NCBI GenBank assembly: GCA_963817525.1
Contig: CAWFOU010000001.1
Location: 192,001-256,000 of the forward strand
Origin: an uncultured archaeon
Lineage (GTDB): Archaea; Thermoproteota; Nitrososphaeria; Nitrososphaerales; Gagatemarchaeaceae
DNA length: 64,000 nt
Direction: 5' to 3'
Shown piece by piece: positions 26,382 through 35,970 of this stretch. Below the pieces are notes generated by a model. That model was not told the origin of the DNA. It saw only the letters and a program-made list of their open reading frames with translations, and searched no databases. How positions within the stretch are numbered: position 1 is the stretch's first letter; every line of letters starts with the position of its first letter. The translations under genes were made by a program, and so were the position numbers.

Positions 26382-27095
26382 TTGAAGGCCCTGATTCTCG
26401 CAGGCGGGCAGGGTCTGAGGCTGAGACCGCTCACCGACGACAGGCCCAAGCCGCTCGTGGAGGTCGCGGGCAAGCCCATCGCCGAATGGCAGCTGGACTG
26501 GCTGATCAAGAACGTCGAGCTGGAGCAGGCGATCTTCCTGTGCGGATACAAGTGGAATAGGCTGAAGGAACACTTTGGTAACGAATACAAAGGCGTGCGC
26601 ATCGACTACAGCGTAGAGGAATCGCCTCTGGGGACGGGGGGCGCGTTCCGCAAAGCCATCGTCAACACCAAGCTGGGAGACGAGAACCTGGTGATGATGA
26701 ACGGGGACATCGTCACGGACCTCCCGCTGGGGAACATGCTCGCCGAGCACTCCTATGGGAAGGGCGCCCCGACGATCACTCTGCTCCTCGTGCCCTACAA
26801 GTCGAGGTTCGGGATCGTGCACATCGACGAGGAGAACTTCGTAATGAGCTTCGAGGAGAAGCCCGAGTTCCCCGACGTCTGGATAAACGGGGGAATCTAC
26901 GTGGCCAGCGCGAAAAGGATCCTCTACTACCTCCCCGAGAAGGGGGACATCGAAAGGGAGACCTTCCCCAAGCTCGCCTCCGCAGGCGAGGTGATGGCCT
27001 ATCCTTACAGGGGCTTTTGGTCGCTAATCGACTCCGTCAAGGACATCCAGGAGGTCGAGAAGGCGCTAAAGGCGGGGACGGCGCGGAAGGGCTGA
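26382..27095 (+). CDS. sugar-phosphate nucleotidyltransferase family protein
   Basis: ILAGGQGLRLRPLTDDRPKPL, PLGTGG, NGD, FEEKP, INGGIY. Confidence 0.92.
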   Translation: MKALILAGGQGLRLRPLTDDRPKPLVEVAGKPIAEWQLDWLIKNVELEQAIFLCGYKWNRLKEHFGNEYKGVRIDYSVEESPLGTGGAFRKAIVNTKLGDENLVMMNGDIVTDLPLGNMLAEHSYGKGAPTITLLLVPYKSRFGIVHIDEENFVMSFEEKPEFPDVWINGGIYVASAKRILYYLPEKGDIERETFPKLASAGEVMAYPYRGFWSLIDSVKDIQEVEKALKAGTARKG

Positions 27096-27169
27096 CCCAA
27101 CAGAGCTCTTCTCGAAACGCTTATTATATCACTGCGGGGTGCGCCCTTTGGTAAGGGTCGATAGATTCC

Positions 27170-28270
27170 TTGCCACAAAGTTTTGTCACGAAGCTGAAGA
27201 ACGCGTCTCAGGCTTACACTTTCAAGGACTTCATCCTCCTGCCGGGTCGAAGCGAGGTGGAGCCAAGGGACATCGACCTGTCGTCGCACCTCACCAAGAA
27301 GATCAAGCTCAGCCTCCCCATGGTCTCGTCTCCCATGGACACGGTGACCGAATGGAGGATGGCAGTGGAGCTGGCGAGGATAGGGGCGGTAGGGGTCATA
27401 CATCGGAACATGAGCGCCGAAAGCCAGTTGGAGCAGGTGAAGAAGGCCAAGGCCGCCAAGGTGACCGCAAAGTCGGCCGACGGGAAAGGGAGACCTCTCG
27501 TGGGCGCCTCCGTCTCGCCGCTGGACACCAAGCGTTGTGAGGCCTTGGACAAAGTGGCAGACTTTCTGGTCTCCGATGTCGCCCACTTCCACAACTCGAA
27601 CTTGCTGAAGGTCACGGCGAAGCTCCTCCCCAACCTGAGCACGGACTTCATCGCCGGCAACATCGGCACCAGGAGGGCCGTCCGCGACATCCTCGAGGAG
27701 CTGCCGCGGGTCGACGGGTTCAGGGTCGGCATCGGCTCCGGCTCGGTCTGCATCACCTCCGAGGTGACGCGGGTGGGCGCCCCGACTCTGTTCGCGGTCT
27801 CCGAGGTGGCCACAGCGGTGAGCGAGCTCAACTCGGACGTCCCGATAATCGCTGACGGCGGGATACGCGGGGCCGGAGACGCGTCCCTCGCGCTTGCGGC
27901 GGGAGCCTCCACGGTGATGCTCGGCTCCATGCTAGCGGGGACCGAAGAGTCCCCGTCGAAGCTGGTGGTGAAGGACGGCAAGAAGATGAAGGTGCACAGG
28001 GGGATGGCGAGCGCAGCCGCGAGGAACGTCCGGTTCGCGCTGGACAGGTACAGCGTCCCAGCAAAAGGCCTCGAGGAGGGCGTGGAGGCGTATGTGGCCT
28101 ACTCGGGCAAGGCCGCGGACGTGATAGCGAAGATGGAGAACGGCCTGAAGGCCTCGTTCGGGTACTCGGGCGCGAGGAGCGTCCAGGACCTTTGGAGCGT
28201 CGCGTCGTTCGGCTACGTCTCTCCGCAGGGCACGTCGGAGCTCGGAGTCCACTCTCTGACCCTGAAGTGA
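27170..28270 (+). CDS. guaB: IMP dehydrogenase (no CBS domains)
   Basis: SSPMDTVTE, GVIHRN, RVGIGSGSVCIT, IIADGGI, VMLGSMLAG, HRGMAS, EEGVE; adjacent to guaA. Confidence 0.92.
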   Translation: MPQSFVTKLKNASQAYTFKDFILLPGRSEVEPRDIDLSSHLTKKIKLSLPMVSSPMDTVTEWRMAVELARIGAVGVIHRNMSAESQLEQVKKAKAAKVTAKSADGKGRPLVGASVSPLDTKRCEALDKVADFLVSDVAHFHNSNLLKVTAKLLPNLSTDFIAGNIGTRRAVRDILEELPRVDGFRVGIGSGSVCITSEVTRVGAPTLFAVSEVATAVSELNSDVPIIADGGIRGAGDASLALAAGASTVMLGSMLAGTEESPSKLVVKDGKKMKVHRGMASAAARNVRFALDRYSVPAKGLEEGVEAYVAYSGKAADVIAKMENGLKASFGYSGARSVQDLWSVASFGYVSPQGTSELGVHSLTLK

Positions 28271-28291
28271 GAGTGCTTGCGAGCGTCCAGC

Positions 28292-29908
28292 ATGACCCAG
28301 ACGACGACAAGAAAACCCGCGAGCACGTCTCAGCCGGCGAAGGGCAGGGGCGCGAGGAAGGACATCAACCTTCTGCGAGGCGGGATAGCAGTCCTCGACT
28401 TTGGGGGGCAGTACTCGCACCTGATCGCCAGGCGCATCAGGGCGCTCGGGGTCTACTCGGCGCTGCTCCCTTTCGACACTCCCGCAGCCGCGCTGAAGGA
28501 GATGAGGGTGAAGGGCGTCGTCCTCTCAGGAGGCCCTTCGAGCGTATACGGCCCGGGAGCGCCTCATCCCGACAAGGCCATATTCTCAGGGGCCATTCCC
28601 GTCCTGGGAATCTGCTACGGATACCAGCTTCTAGTCCAGGGACATGGCGGCGAGGTGAAGCGGGCGTCGAGGAGGGAGTACGGCAAGTCCAGCCTCAAGA
28701 TCACCGACCGGTCGAGCATCTTCAGCGGGATCAGTGAAGGGAGCATCACCTGCTGGATGAGCCATGGGGACTCTGCCACGAAGCTGCCCCCCGACCTCAT
28801 CCCGATGGCCACCAGCGACAACTCCCCCTTCGCCGCCATCCGCTCCGCCGACGGCCTCCAGTTCGGTGTCCAGTTCCACCCCGAAGTGGTGCACACGGAG
28901 CACGGGGATAGGGTCCTCTCCAACTTCGTCATCGGCGTATGCGACGCCGAGGCAAGGTGGAGCATGCAGGGCTTCCTCGAGGAGACCCTGGAAGAGCTCA
29001 GGCAGACCCCAGAGGGTAGGGTCCTTTGTGCGGTCTCCGGGGGCGTGGACTCGTCCGTCACCTCGGTCCTCCTGGACAAGGCTATTCACGAGAGGCTCCA
29101 GTGCGTCTTCATAGACACCGGTCTCCTCAGGGAGGGGGAGGGGGCAGAGGTCTCCAAGTTCCTCAGGGGCGACCTAGGGGTCCCGCTCGAGTCGGTCGAC
29201 GCGTCGAAGCGGTTCTTGGACGCGCTGAAGGGCGTCTCCGACCCAGAAAAGAAGAGGAAGATCATCGGAAGGGTCTTCGCGGAGGTGTTCGAGGATTATG
29301 CGAGGAAGAAAGGGCCCTTCAGGTACCTCGCCCAGGGCACGCTCTATCCGGACGTGATAGAGAGCGGCCACACCAGCGCGCCCGCATCGGTCATCAAGAC
29401 GCACCACAACGTCGGCGGCCTCCCGAAGGACCTGAAGCTGGAGCTCATCGAGCCGCTCAGGGAGCTCTACAAGGACGAGGTCAGGGTGCTCGGCTCTCTC
29501 CTCGGCCTCCCGGCGGAGGTCCTGAAGCGGCATCCGTTCCCCGGCCCCGGCCTCGCGGTCAGGATCATCGGGGAGGTCACGCCTCGGAAGGTCCGCATCT
29601 GCAGGGGCGCGAACGCCATCGTCGAGCAGGTGATGCGCGAGGAGAAGCTCTACGACAGGGTCTGGCAGGCCTTCGCGTACGTCGGGGACGACAAGGTCAC
29701 CGGCGTGCTCGGGGACGAGCGCACCCTCGGGGCGCAGGTCACGGTCAGGGTCGTAGAGTCCGTGGACGCGATGACCGCGGACTGGTATCGCATGCCCCAC
29801 GCCGTGATGGAGAGGATCTCGAGCAGGGTAACCAACGAGGTGGACGGCGTCGTCAGCGTGGCGTACTCCATCTCCTCCAAGCCTCCCGCCACGATCGAGC
29901 CCCAGTGA
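28292..29908 (+). CDS. guaA: GMP synthase (glutamine-hydrolysing)
   Basis: LDFGGQY, LGICYG, QFHPEV, SGGVDS, IKTHHNVGG, HPFPGPGL, KPPATIE. Confidence 0.97.
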   Translation: MTQTTTRKPASTSQPAKGRGARKDINLLRGGIAVLDFGGQYSHLIARRIRALGVYSALLPFDTPAAALKEMRVKGVVLSGGPSSVYGPGAPHPDKAIFSGAIPVLGICYGYQLLVQGHGGEVKRASRREYGKSSLKITDRSSIFSGISEGSITCWMSHGDSATKLPPDLIPMATSDNSPFAAIRSADGLQFGVQFHPEVVHTEHGDRVLSNFVIGVCDAEARWSMQGFLEETLEELRQTPEGRVLCAVSGGVDSSVTSVLLDKAIHERLQCVFIDTGLLREGEGAEVSKFLRGDLGVPLESVDASKRFLDALKGVSDPEKKRKIIGRVFAEVFEDYARKKGPFRYLAQGTLYPDVIESGHTSAPASVIKTHHNVGGLPKDLKLELIEPLRELYKDEVRVLGSLLGLPAEVLKRHPFPGPGLAVRIIGEVTPRKVRICRGANAIVEQVMREEKLYDRVWQAFAYVGDDKVTGVLGDERTLGAQVTVRVVESVDAMTADWYRMPHAVMERISSRVTNEVDGVVSVAYSISSKPPATIEPQ

Positions 29909-29918
29909 GAGATGCCAG

Positions 29919-30911
29919 ATGGTCGAGTTCCTTGGCCCGCACACCCAGCTTGCGGAGCTCCACGTCCACTTGGGTAGCTCGGTAGACCCCGCGGTCATGT
30001 GGGAGATAGCGCACGCCCAGGGAATCAGGCTCCCCACGAAGGACTACTGGCACTTCGTTGACATGATAACGGTCAACCCTAGGAAGGTGAAGTCGTTCGA
30101 GGACTACCTCGCGCTCTTCCACTGGACGGAGCTCATCCAGTCGAGCCCCCTCGCGATAGAGAACTCGGTCTACCACACCATCGCGGGGGCCTACCGCAAG
30201 AACAACATCACCCTCCTCGAGCTCAGGTTCAACCCGATGAAGAGAAACCGCGGCGGGGAGAGGGACCTCGACCAGATCATGATGGCGGCCGGCAGGGGCA
30301 TCGACAGGGCGTCCGCAGAGTACCCCGTGAAGACGGGCATCATCATCTGCCTCGACAGGACCTTCGACAAGCACCTCAACGAGATACTTCTCGAAAAGGC
30401 CCTGAAGTACAAGAACAGGGGAGTGGTGGGCATAGACATCGCGGGCTCCGCGAGGAAGGGCTTCCGCTACTCCGATTGCAAGGGCCTCTACAACAGGGCG
30501 CGCAAGGAGGGCCTCGGCCTCACGGTCCACGCCGGGGAAGACGAGGGCCCCCATTCCGTCCGCGACGTCCTCGAGCACCTCGAGCCGCAGAGGATCGGAC
30601 ACGGTGTCAGGGCGACCGAAGACGCCGAGACCCTGGAGATGCTGCACGAGAGGGGGGTGACCCTAGAGCTGTGCCCCTCGTCCAACCTCAACACCCGGGT
30701 CCTGAAGGGTGTGGGCGACATGAAGCGGGTCTTCAGGCAGCTCAACGAAAGCAAGGTCAAGTACACGATCAACACCGACGGGCCGGAGATGCTCTTGACC
30801 AACCTCAGGAACGAGATCGACTTCCTCCTCAGGAACGGCATCGTCAAGAAAGAGGATGTGCTCAGAGCGAACAAGAACGCCTTCGCGGCCTCCTTCATCC
30901 GCTCCGCCTGA
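29919..30911 (+). CDS. add: adenosine deaminase family protein
   Basis: ELHVHL, ELRF, TVHAGE, RIGHG, LCPSSN, INTD. Confidence 0.88.
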   Translation: MVEFLGPHTQLAELHVHLGSSVDPAVMWEIAHAQGIRLPTKDYWHFVDMITVNPRKVKSFEDYLALFHWTELIQSSPLAIENSVYHTIAGAYRKNNITLLELRFNPMKRNRGGERDLDQIMMAAGRGIDRASAEYPVKTGIIICLDRTFDKHLNEILLEKALKYKNRGVVGIDIAGSARKGFRYSDCKGLYNRARKEGLGLTVHAGEDEGPHSVRDVLEHLEPQRIGHGVRATEDAETLEMLHERGVTLELCPSSNLNTRVLKGVGDMKRVFRQLNESKVKYTINTDGPEMLLTNLRNEIDFLLRNGIVKKEDVLRANKNAFAASFIRSA

Positions 30912-30958
30912 CCCGCACCCCAAGGCCTAAATGCGCTGGGCTCCCCGGGAAAGAGAGG

Positions 30959-31483
30959 TTGGCCAGAGAAGACGGTCCCGGCGCCAAGAAGGCGGCCGAG
31001 CAGGACGATATTGACGAGAGCGTGCTGGAGGAGGGCTCGTACTATCTCTCGAAGCTCGACCTCGACGTCGACGCGATAGCCGAGCGCTTCGAGACCACCC
31101 CCGCCAAGGTCCTCAGGCACAAGACCAGGTTCGAGGGGAAGCTGAAGAGGGGGGACGCCGTCGAGGCAGACTCCGACCTCGCCTTTTGGAGGAACGTCAA
31201 GCAGGAGGCGGAGGGGAACGTGAAGGTGACCTTCGTGAGCGACAAGGGCTTCCACCACGCCTGGAGGTCCGACCTCGAGAAGATGGACGGCCCCTCCCTG
31301 CTGGCCGTCTTCGAGTCTTGCAAGCAGTTCCTCAACCTCGACCCCAACGCCAGGTTCCTCCAATACTCTCCCCCGAAGAACTACGACCCCCTGGCCATGC
31401 AGCGCGAGATCACAAAGGCCGTCACGGTCATCAACTCCATCCTCGAGTCCAAGTGGAAGCACGAGAAAAAGGCCGGCGATTAG
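30959..31483 (+). CDS. hypothetical protein with an HTH-like segment
   Basis: C-terminal part of ORF 30476..31483; TTG start after CTAAAT; VDAIAERFETTPAKV. Confidence 0.7.
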   Translation: MAREDGPGAKKAAEQDDIDESVLEEGSYYLSKLDLDVDAIAERFETTPAKVLRHKTRFEGKLKRGDAVEADSDLAFWRNVKQEAEGNVKVTFVSDKGFHHAWRSDLEKMDGPSLLAVFESCKQFLNLDPNARFLQYSPPKNYDPLAMQREITKAVTVINSILESKWKHEKKAGD

Positions 31484-31529
31484 CGCCAGCGGGGCGGGCC
31501 TTATCTCCGAGGGCTCCCAGGTCAGGTGC

Positions 31530-31886
31530 ATGGACAAGCTAGCGCACTCCACCAAAGAGTCCGAGGACCTCCTCAGGTCGCTGGCGGGAGGCGAAGGCGT
31601 CGCCCTCCGCCCGATGTTCGGGAACCTCTCAGCCTTCGTCAGGGGGAACATGTACATGGGGGTCTACGGAGAAGATCTCTTCGTCAGGCTCTCTGAAGAG
31701 GACCGGGCCGAGCTCCTCAAGGTGAAGGGGGCGGCGGTATTCGAGCCAATCAAAGGAAGGCAGATGAAAGAGTACGTGGTTGTCCCGAAGTCGTGGGCGG
31801 GCGACCCCGCGAAGATTAGGCCATGGGCTGCCAAGGCGCTGGACTGGTCTAGCAGTCTGCCTACCAAGAAGGCGAAAAAGCGCTAG
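31530..31886 (+). CDS. TfoX/Sxy N-terminal domain protein
   Basis: RPMFG, FVRGNM, LFVRL, FEP..GRQMKEYVVVP. Confidence 0.88.
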   Translation: MDKLAHSTKESEDLLRSLAGGEGVALRPMFGNLSAFVRGNMYMGVYGEDLFVRLSEEDRAELLKVKGAAVFEPIKGRQMKEYVVVPKSWAGDPAKIRPWAAKALDWSSSLPTKKAKKR

Positions 31887-31925
31887 GTTTTTCTGTTCGG
31901 TCAGGCACTTCAGTTCGAAGACAGG

Positions 31926-32201
31926 ATGCGCTACATGACCGACGCGCACTTGAGCGGCCTCGCCGCGGAGCTAAGAGGAGTAGGGGTGGACTGCCAGACG
32001 GTTCACAAGCTGATGCTTGGCAACGAGGACTCGAGGGTAAAGATATCTGATCCAGAGATCGTCAAGTTTTTGGAATCGCAGAAGCGGTTGGTGACGCTTA
32101 TCACGATGGACAGCGAGCTCGCCGAGTACTGCTCAAAGTTCGGAATCCCGGTGATCAGGGTCCAAGACATAATCTCGCTGCACATAAAGAGCTCAAAGTA
32201 G
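31926..32201 (+). CDS. Mut7-C / DUF5615-type PIN domain protein
   Basis: YMTDAHL..LAAELRGVGVD, SDPEI, LITMDSEL. Confidence 0.75.
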   Translation: MRYMTDAHLSGLAAELRGVGVDCQTVHKLMLGNEDSRVKISDPEIVKFLESQKRLVTLITMDSELAEYCSKFGIPVIRVQDIISLHIKSSK

Positions 32202-32269
32202 CCGTGCCTGGCTCTCGCGCGCGGCGCCCCGAGCAAAGGCTTTAACCCCGCGCCGTGGTACTTTTCCTC

Positions 32270-32878
32270 ATGGCAAAGACCTACGCTCTCCCACCGCTAC
32301 CATACGCTTACAACGCTCTCGAGCCCCACATCTCGGAGCAGATAATGAAGCTGCACCACGACAAGCACCACCAGGCATACGTCAACGGTGCGAACACGGC
32401 CCTGGACAAGCTCGAAAAGGCCCGGGCCGGGACGATGCAGATCGACCTCAAGGGCACCCTGAGGGACCTCAGCTTCAACATAGACGGTCACAAGCTCCAC
32501 TCGATATTCTGGCCCAACATGGCCCCTGCAGGCAAGGGCGGAGGCAACCCAGGGGGGAAGCTAGCAGACAAGATCAACGCCGAGTTCGGCGGGGTCGACA
32601 AGTTCAAGGCCCAGTTCAGCGACGCCGCCAAGGCGGTCGAGGGCTCGGGCTGGGCGCTGCTCAGCTACGACAAGGAGATCGACGGGCTGGTCATCACCCA
32701 GGTCGAGAAGCAGAACTTCATGGAGCTTGCCGAGGCGACCATCCTGCTAGGCCTAGACGTCTGGGAGCACGCCTACTATCTCCAGTACTGGAACGACAGG
32801 GGCAAGTATGTAGACGCCTGGTGGAACGTCGTTAACTGGTCCGACGTCGACAGCAGGCTCTCCAAGGTCGTAAAGTAG
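32270..32878 (+). CDS. sod: Fe/Mn superoxide dismutase
   Basis: LPPLPYAYNALEP, HHDKHHQAY, HSIFW, GSGW, DVWEHAYY. Confidence 0.97.
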   Translation: MAKTYALPPLPYAYNALEPHISEQIMKLHHDKHHQAYVNGANTALDKLEKARAGTMQIDLKGTLRDLSFNIDGHKLHSIFWPNMAPAGKGGGNPGGKLADKINAEFGGVDKFKAQFSDAAKAVEGSGWALLSYDKEIDGLVITQVEKQNFMELAEATILLGLDVWEHAYYLQYWNDRGKYVDAWWNVVNWSDVDSRLSKVVK

Positions 32879-32932
32879 CCCACCTCCCTCCCCCACGCGC
32901 CTTTCGCGCGTGCCTCCTCCTTTAATCCACGC

Positions 32933-33892
32933 GTGGCGATTGTGGCAGCGGACGCAGGAGCCAAGTTGGAGTTCAAGCTCAACCTCTCGACCATCCCCTT
33001 CGACCTGGGGCACACCCTAGACAGCGGACAGGCCTTCCGGTGGTCGCTGAACGGGGGTTGGTGGTACGGGGTGCTCCCGGGAGGGGTGGTCAAGGTGAGG
33101 CAGGAGGAGGAAGCCCTGATCTGCGTAGCGAGCAGCGAGAGGCTGACACCCCGCGACCTTCACGAGTACTTTCGCCTCGACGACAGCCTGGAGCGGGTCT
33201 ACTCCAGGATAATGAAGGACGCCCACGTCACCGAGGCCATCCAGAGGTTCTACGGGCTGCGCCTCATCAACCAGGACGTCTGGGAGTGCCTCGTCTCCTT
33301 CGTGATAGCGACCAACACCAACATCCCTCGGATCAAGCTCATGATATCCAAGCTCTGCGACGCCTTCGGGGAGAAGGTGAGCTTCGAAGGGGACGACTAC
33401 TCGCTCTTCCCCACGCCGCAGTCGCTGGCGGAGGCCACCCACGAAGACCTCACCCGCTGCGGCCTCGGATACCGGGCGAGGTTCGTCAGCTCCGTCGCGA
33501 AGAAGGTCTCCGCAGGAGGAGTCGACCTCGAGGAGCTGAGGCTCCTCGACTATGAGCGCGCCAGAGACCTCATGGTGGAGCGTCTTCTGGGGGAGAAGAC
33601 CTTCCTGGGCATAGGGAGGAAGGCTGCCGACTGCGTCCTACTCTTCTCGTGCCGGAAAGACTCCGCGTTCCCCATCGACATATGGATGGCCAGGGTGCTC
33701 TTCAGGTATTATCCGAGGCTCTTCGACAGGGAGCTCGAGGCGCGGCTGGCCTCTCACCTTTCGGGGTCGGCGAAGCTGTCGGGAGGCGCCTACGAGAAGA
33801 TCTCAGCTTCGATGAGGGATTATTTCGGGGAGTATGCGGGATACGCGCAGCAGTACCTGTTTCACGACGCACGGAAGAGCAAGCTCGAGTAG
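32933..33892 (+). CDS. ogg: 8-oxoguanine DNA glycosylase (OGG1-like)
   Basis: TLDSGQAFRW, QDVWECLVSF, NIPRI, GLGYRA, GIGRKAADC, FPID, AGYAQQYLF. Confidence 0.9.
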   Translation: MAIVAADAGAKLEFKLNLSTIPFDLGHTLDSGQAFRWSLNGGWWYGVLPGGVVKVRQEEEALICVASSERLTPRDLHEYFRLDDSLERVYSRIMKDAHVTEAIQRFYGLRLINQDVWECLVSFVIATNTNIPRIKLMISKLCDAFGEKVSFEGDDYSLFPTPQSLAEATHEDLTRCGLGYRARFVSSVAKKVSAGGVDLEELRLLDYERARDLMVERLLGEKTFLGIGRKAADCVLLFSCRKDSAFPIDIWMARVLFRYYPRLFDRELEARLASHLSGSAKLSGGAYEKISASMRDYFGEYAGYAQQYLFHDARKSKLE

Positions 33893-35077
33893 GGTTCTGT
33901 CCAATCTGCGGGAGATCCCCGCAGAATCGACTTCGGGGCTTCTGCTCTGAGGATCGGAGCCGTCGTCGTCTCGTTCCCCTTCACGGCTTCATATGTGTCC
34001 CGCGCTCCTGGGCGAACCTCACCCAGACATCTTATCTTCCCGCGACGCTCTATGTTTATCGCAGCATTGAGGTCGCGGTCGAGCTTGGCACCGCATGGGC
34101 ATAGCCAGCTCCTCTCTGTCAGCTTCAGCCTCCTGTTGATGGCCCCGCAAACGTGACAGATCTTGGACGTGTAAGAGAGAGAGACGTACTCCACAGAGAC
34201 ACCCGCCCACCTTGCCTTGTAGTCGATGTAGGACTGCAGCTGCCGGAACGGCCATAGGGCGACCCTGCGCCGCCTTGCCTTTCCCTCTCCGTTCCCTCTC
34301 TTGTGGCGGTACCTGATCCCCTTGAGCCTCTCGAGGACGATTGCCTCGTTGTTCGCCCTCGCCTTTTCCACTATCAGAGTTGAGATCCTGTGGAGGGCTT
34401 GACTCGCGCGCTCCTTCTCTCTCCTGGTGGAAGCGAACTTCTTCTTGAGACGCCTGTCGTGAGGATGTCTCTCGTAGAACTTGGACCGCCGAATCCCATA
34501 GAGCGTATGAAGGCGAGCGACCTCGGAGAGGTCGTGCCTCGTCCCGTCGCTCCCGACAACGGACTTTTCGTTGAGGTCATAGCCGACCCTCCTCGATGGC
34601 TGGATGGTCGGAGACTCCTTCGAGAAGGCGATGACGATTGACGAGTCTGTCATCGTGACTGAGCCTCTCTTGAGCGTCTTGTCCATCAAGAACGAGCGCT
34701 GATACTCGTCGTCGCAAGGGGACGACGACGCGCTCTCCCTTCTTGAAAGGCAGCGAGAGTATCGAGTAGTTCAGCGAGAAGTTCGCCGCATCCATCTTGA
34801 GCATCAGCCTCTTCGCGTACGGCTTCCTCTGCCAGTGCTTGTGCTTCTTGACGATGGACCATGCTACCTCAGCCACAGAGTATGGGAAGCAAGAGATGAC
34901 GCCGTATCTCCCCTGGAAGTCTCTGTATATCCTGTCTCTCAGCTTCAACCGGCCTCTTACCCTCTCATCCAGGCAGATCCGGATCGCATCGTTGACCATC
35001 TGTTTGAAAGTGGAGAGGACCTCGAGTGTCTGAGGAGTCTGCCTGTACGCGAACTTCACTCCTTTGACGGCCTTCAC
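33862..35077 (-). pseudogene. tnpB: TnpB, frameshifted at ~34710
   Basis: N-terminal part in ORF 34577..35077 (FKQMVNDAIRICL); C-terminal part in ORF 33862..34689 with GYDLN, IVLERL, IDYKA, TSKICHVCG, DRDLNAAINI. Confidence 0.88.
33875..34022 (-). ncRNA. putative omegaRNA of the second tnpB
   Basis: Aligns with 16090-16205; terminal hairpin TCTGCGGG-GATCT-CCCGCAGA followed by GACAGAACC. Confidence 0.68.
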
Positions 35078-35154
35078 GCACTAGCAGTTGTGGTTTCTGT
35101 TTAAGCGCCAACATGAAACAAGGAGAGAAAAGTCCAGCACGCTTTGACGGCACC
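33893..35154 (-). mobile_element. second tnpB element with degenerate IS6-like ends
   Basis: Ends GGTTCTGTCCAATCT (33893, plus) and GGTGCCGTCAAAGCG (35154, minus), 10/15 identical; lies between the convergent stops of ogg and rpl13e. Confidence 0.6.
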
Positions 35155-35612
35155 TACTTCTTCTTGCTGACCGCCGCGACGGCGACGGCCTCGCCGGCAG
35201 TCTTGAGCCACTGCTTGAGCGCCTCGACGTTCCCTTCGACCACGCTCCTCCGCCTGACGTCCACCGAAAGGCGCTCGCGTCTGGCCAGGTTGAATTCGAC
35301 ACCGGCCGAGGTCAGCTCGGCGAAGGAGAACCCCCTCCCTGGCCTTTCTTGCATGGAATCGAGGTGCCTCGCTTCGATTACCGCGGACGGGGCGGGCCCA
35401 AGTTCCATGCGTTCGGCCTTGACCGCCGGCTTCTGCGGGGCTTCTTTCTTCTCGGCCTTCTCAACCTTCTCGGCCTTGGGCTTGGCGACCTTCTTCGGCT
35501 TCTCGGCCGACGGCGCCTTTGCGACCTTCTTGACCTTGGTCACCTTGGCCTTGGTCTTCTTCGCCGGCGCCTTCTTGCCGGGCTTGCTCTTCTTCTTGGC
35601 TGAGGTGCTCAT
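35154..35612 (-). CDS. rpl13e: ribosomal protein eL13 (L13e) with a Lys/Ala-rich N-terminal extension
   Basis: RPGRGFSFAEL..AG, VDVRRRS...NVEALK. Confidence 0.88.
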   Translation of the reverse strand: MSTSAKKKSKPGKKAPAKKTKAKVTKVKKVAKAPSAEKPKKVAKPKAEKVEKAEKKEAPQKPAVKAERMELGPAPSAVIEARHLDSMQERPGRGFSFAELTSAGVEFNLARRERLSVDVRRRSVVEGNVEALKQWLKTAGEAVAVAAVSKKK

Positions 35613-35740
35613 GTCTAACTATTTACTTTCCGAGGTCGACTTTCATAATACGTTTCTTAAGCGTTTCGCGGCCCTGCCGTGGAATCGGGCATCGTCGTTA
35701 GAAGAGGTTATATCCCCTACGCCAAATTCCCGGGCTTGGT

Positions 35741-35897
35741 CCCGCGGTAGCTCAGCCTGGCAGATCCCGATGCGGAGCCAAAAGCTTCCGGCTGTAGTGG
35801 TCGGCCTTGGCCGACTCGTCCAGCCTGATCAGGCCACAGAAACCGGAGTGTCGTCGGCTCAAAAGCGCCACCGGCGCTGGAATTCCGACCCGCGGGA
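35741..35897 (+). tRNA. tRNA-Tyr(GUA) with three introns (35764-35782, 35798-35841, 35864-35883)
   Basis: Acceptor CCCGCGG/CCGCGGG+A (C1:G72, A73), D-stem GCTC/GAGC, anticodon stem TCCGG/CCGGA with GTA at 35794-35796, T-stem GTCGG/CCGAC; each intron folds into a BHB-type motif; TTATAT at 35708. Confidence 0.92.
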
Positions 35898-35970
35898 CCT
35901 CTTTTCCTCATCATCGCTCTTGCGTCCTCGCGGAGAAGACTCTTAATATCGGGCCGAGGACCGAACGACA

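Noticed and set aside
27170-28270. IMPDH lacking CBS domains as a novelty
   Set aside because: CBS-less IMPDHs are known, and the catalytic motifs and guaA linkage are ordinary.
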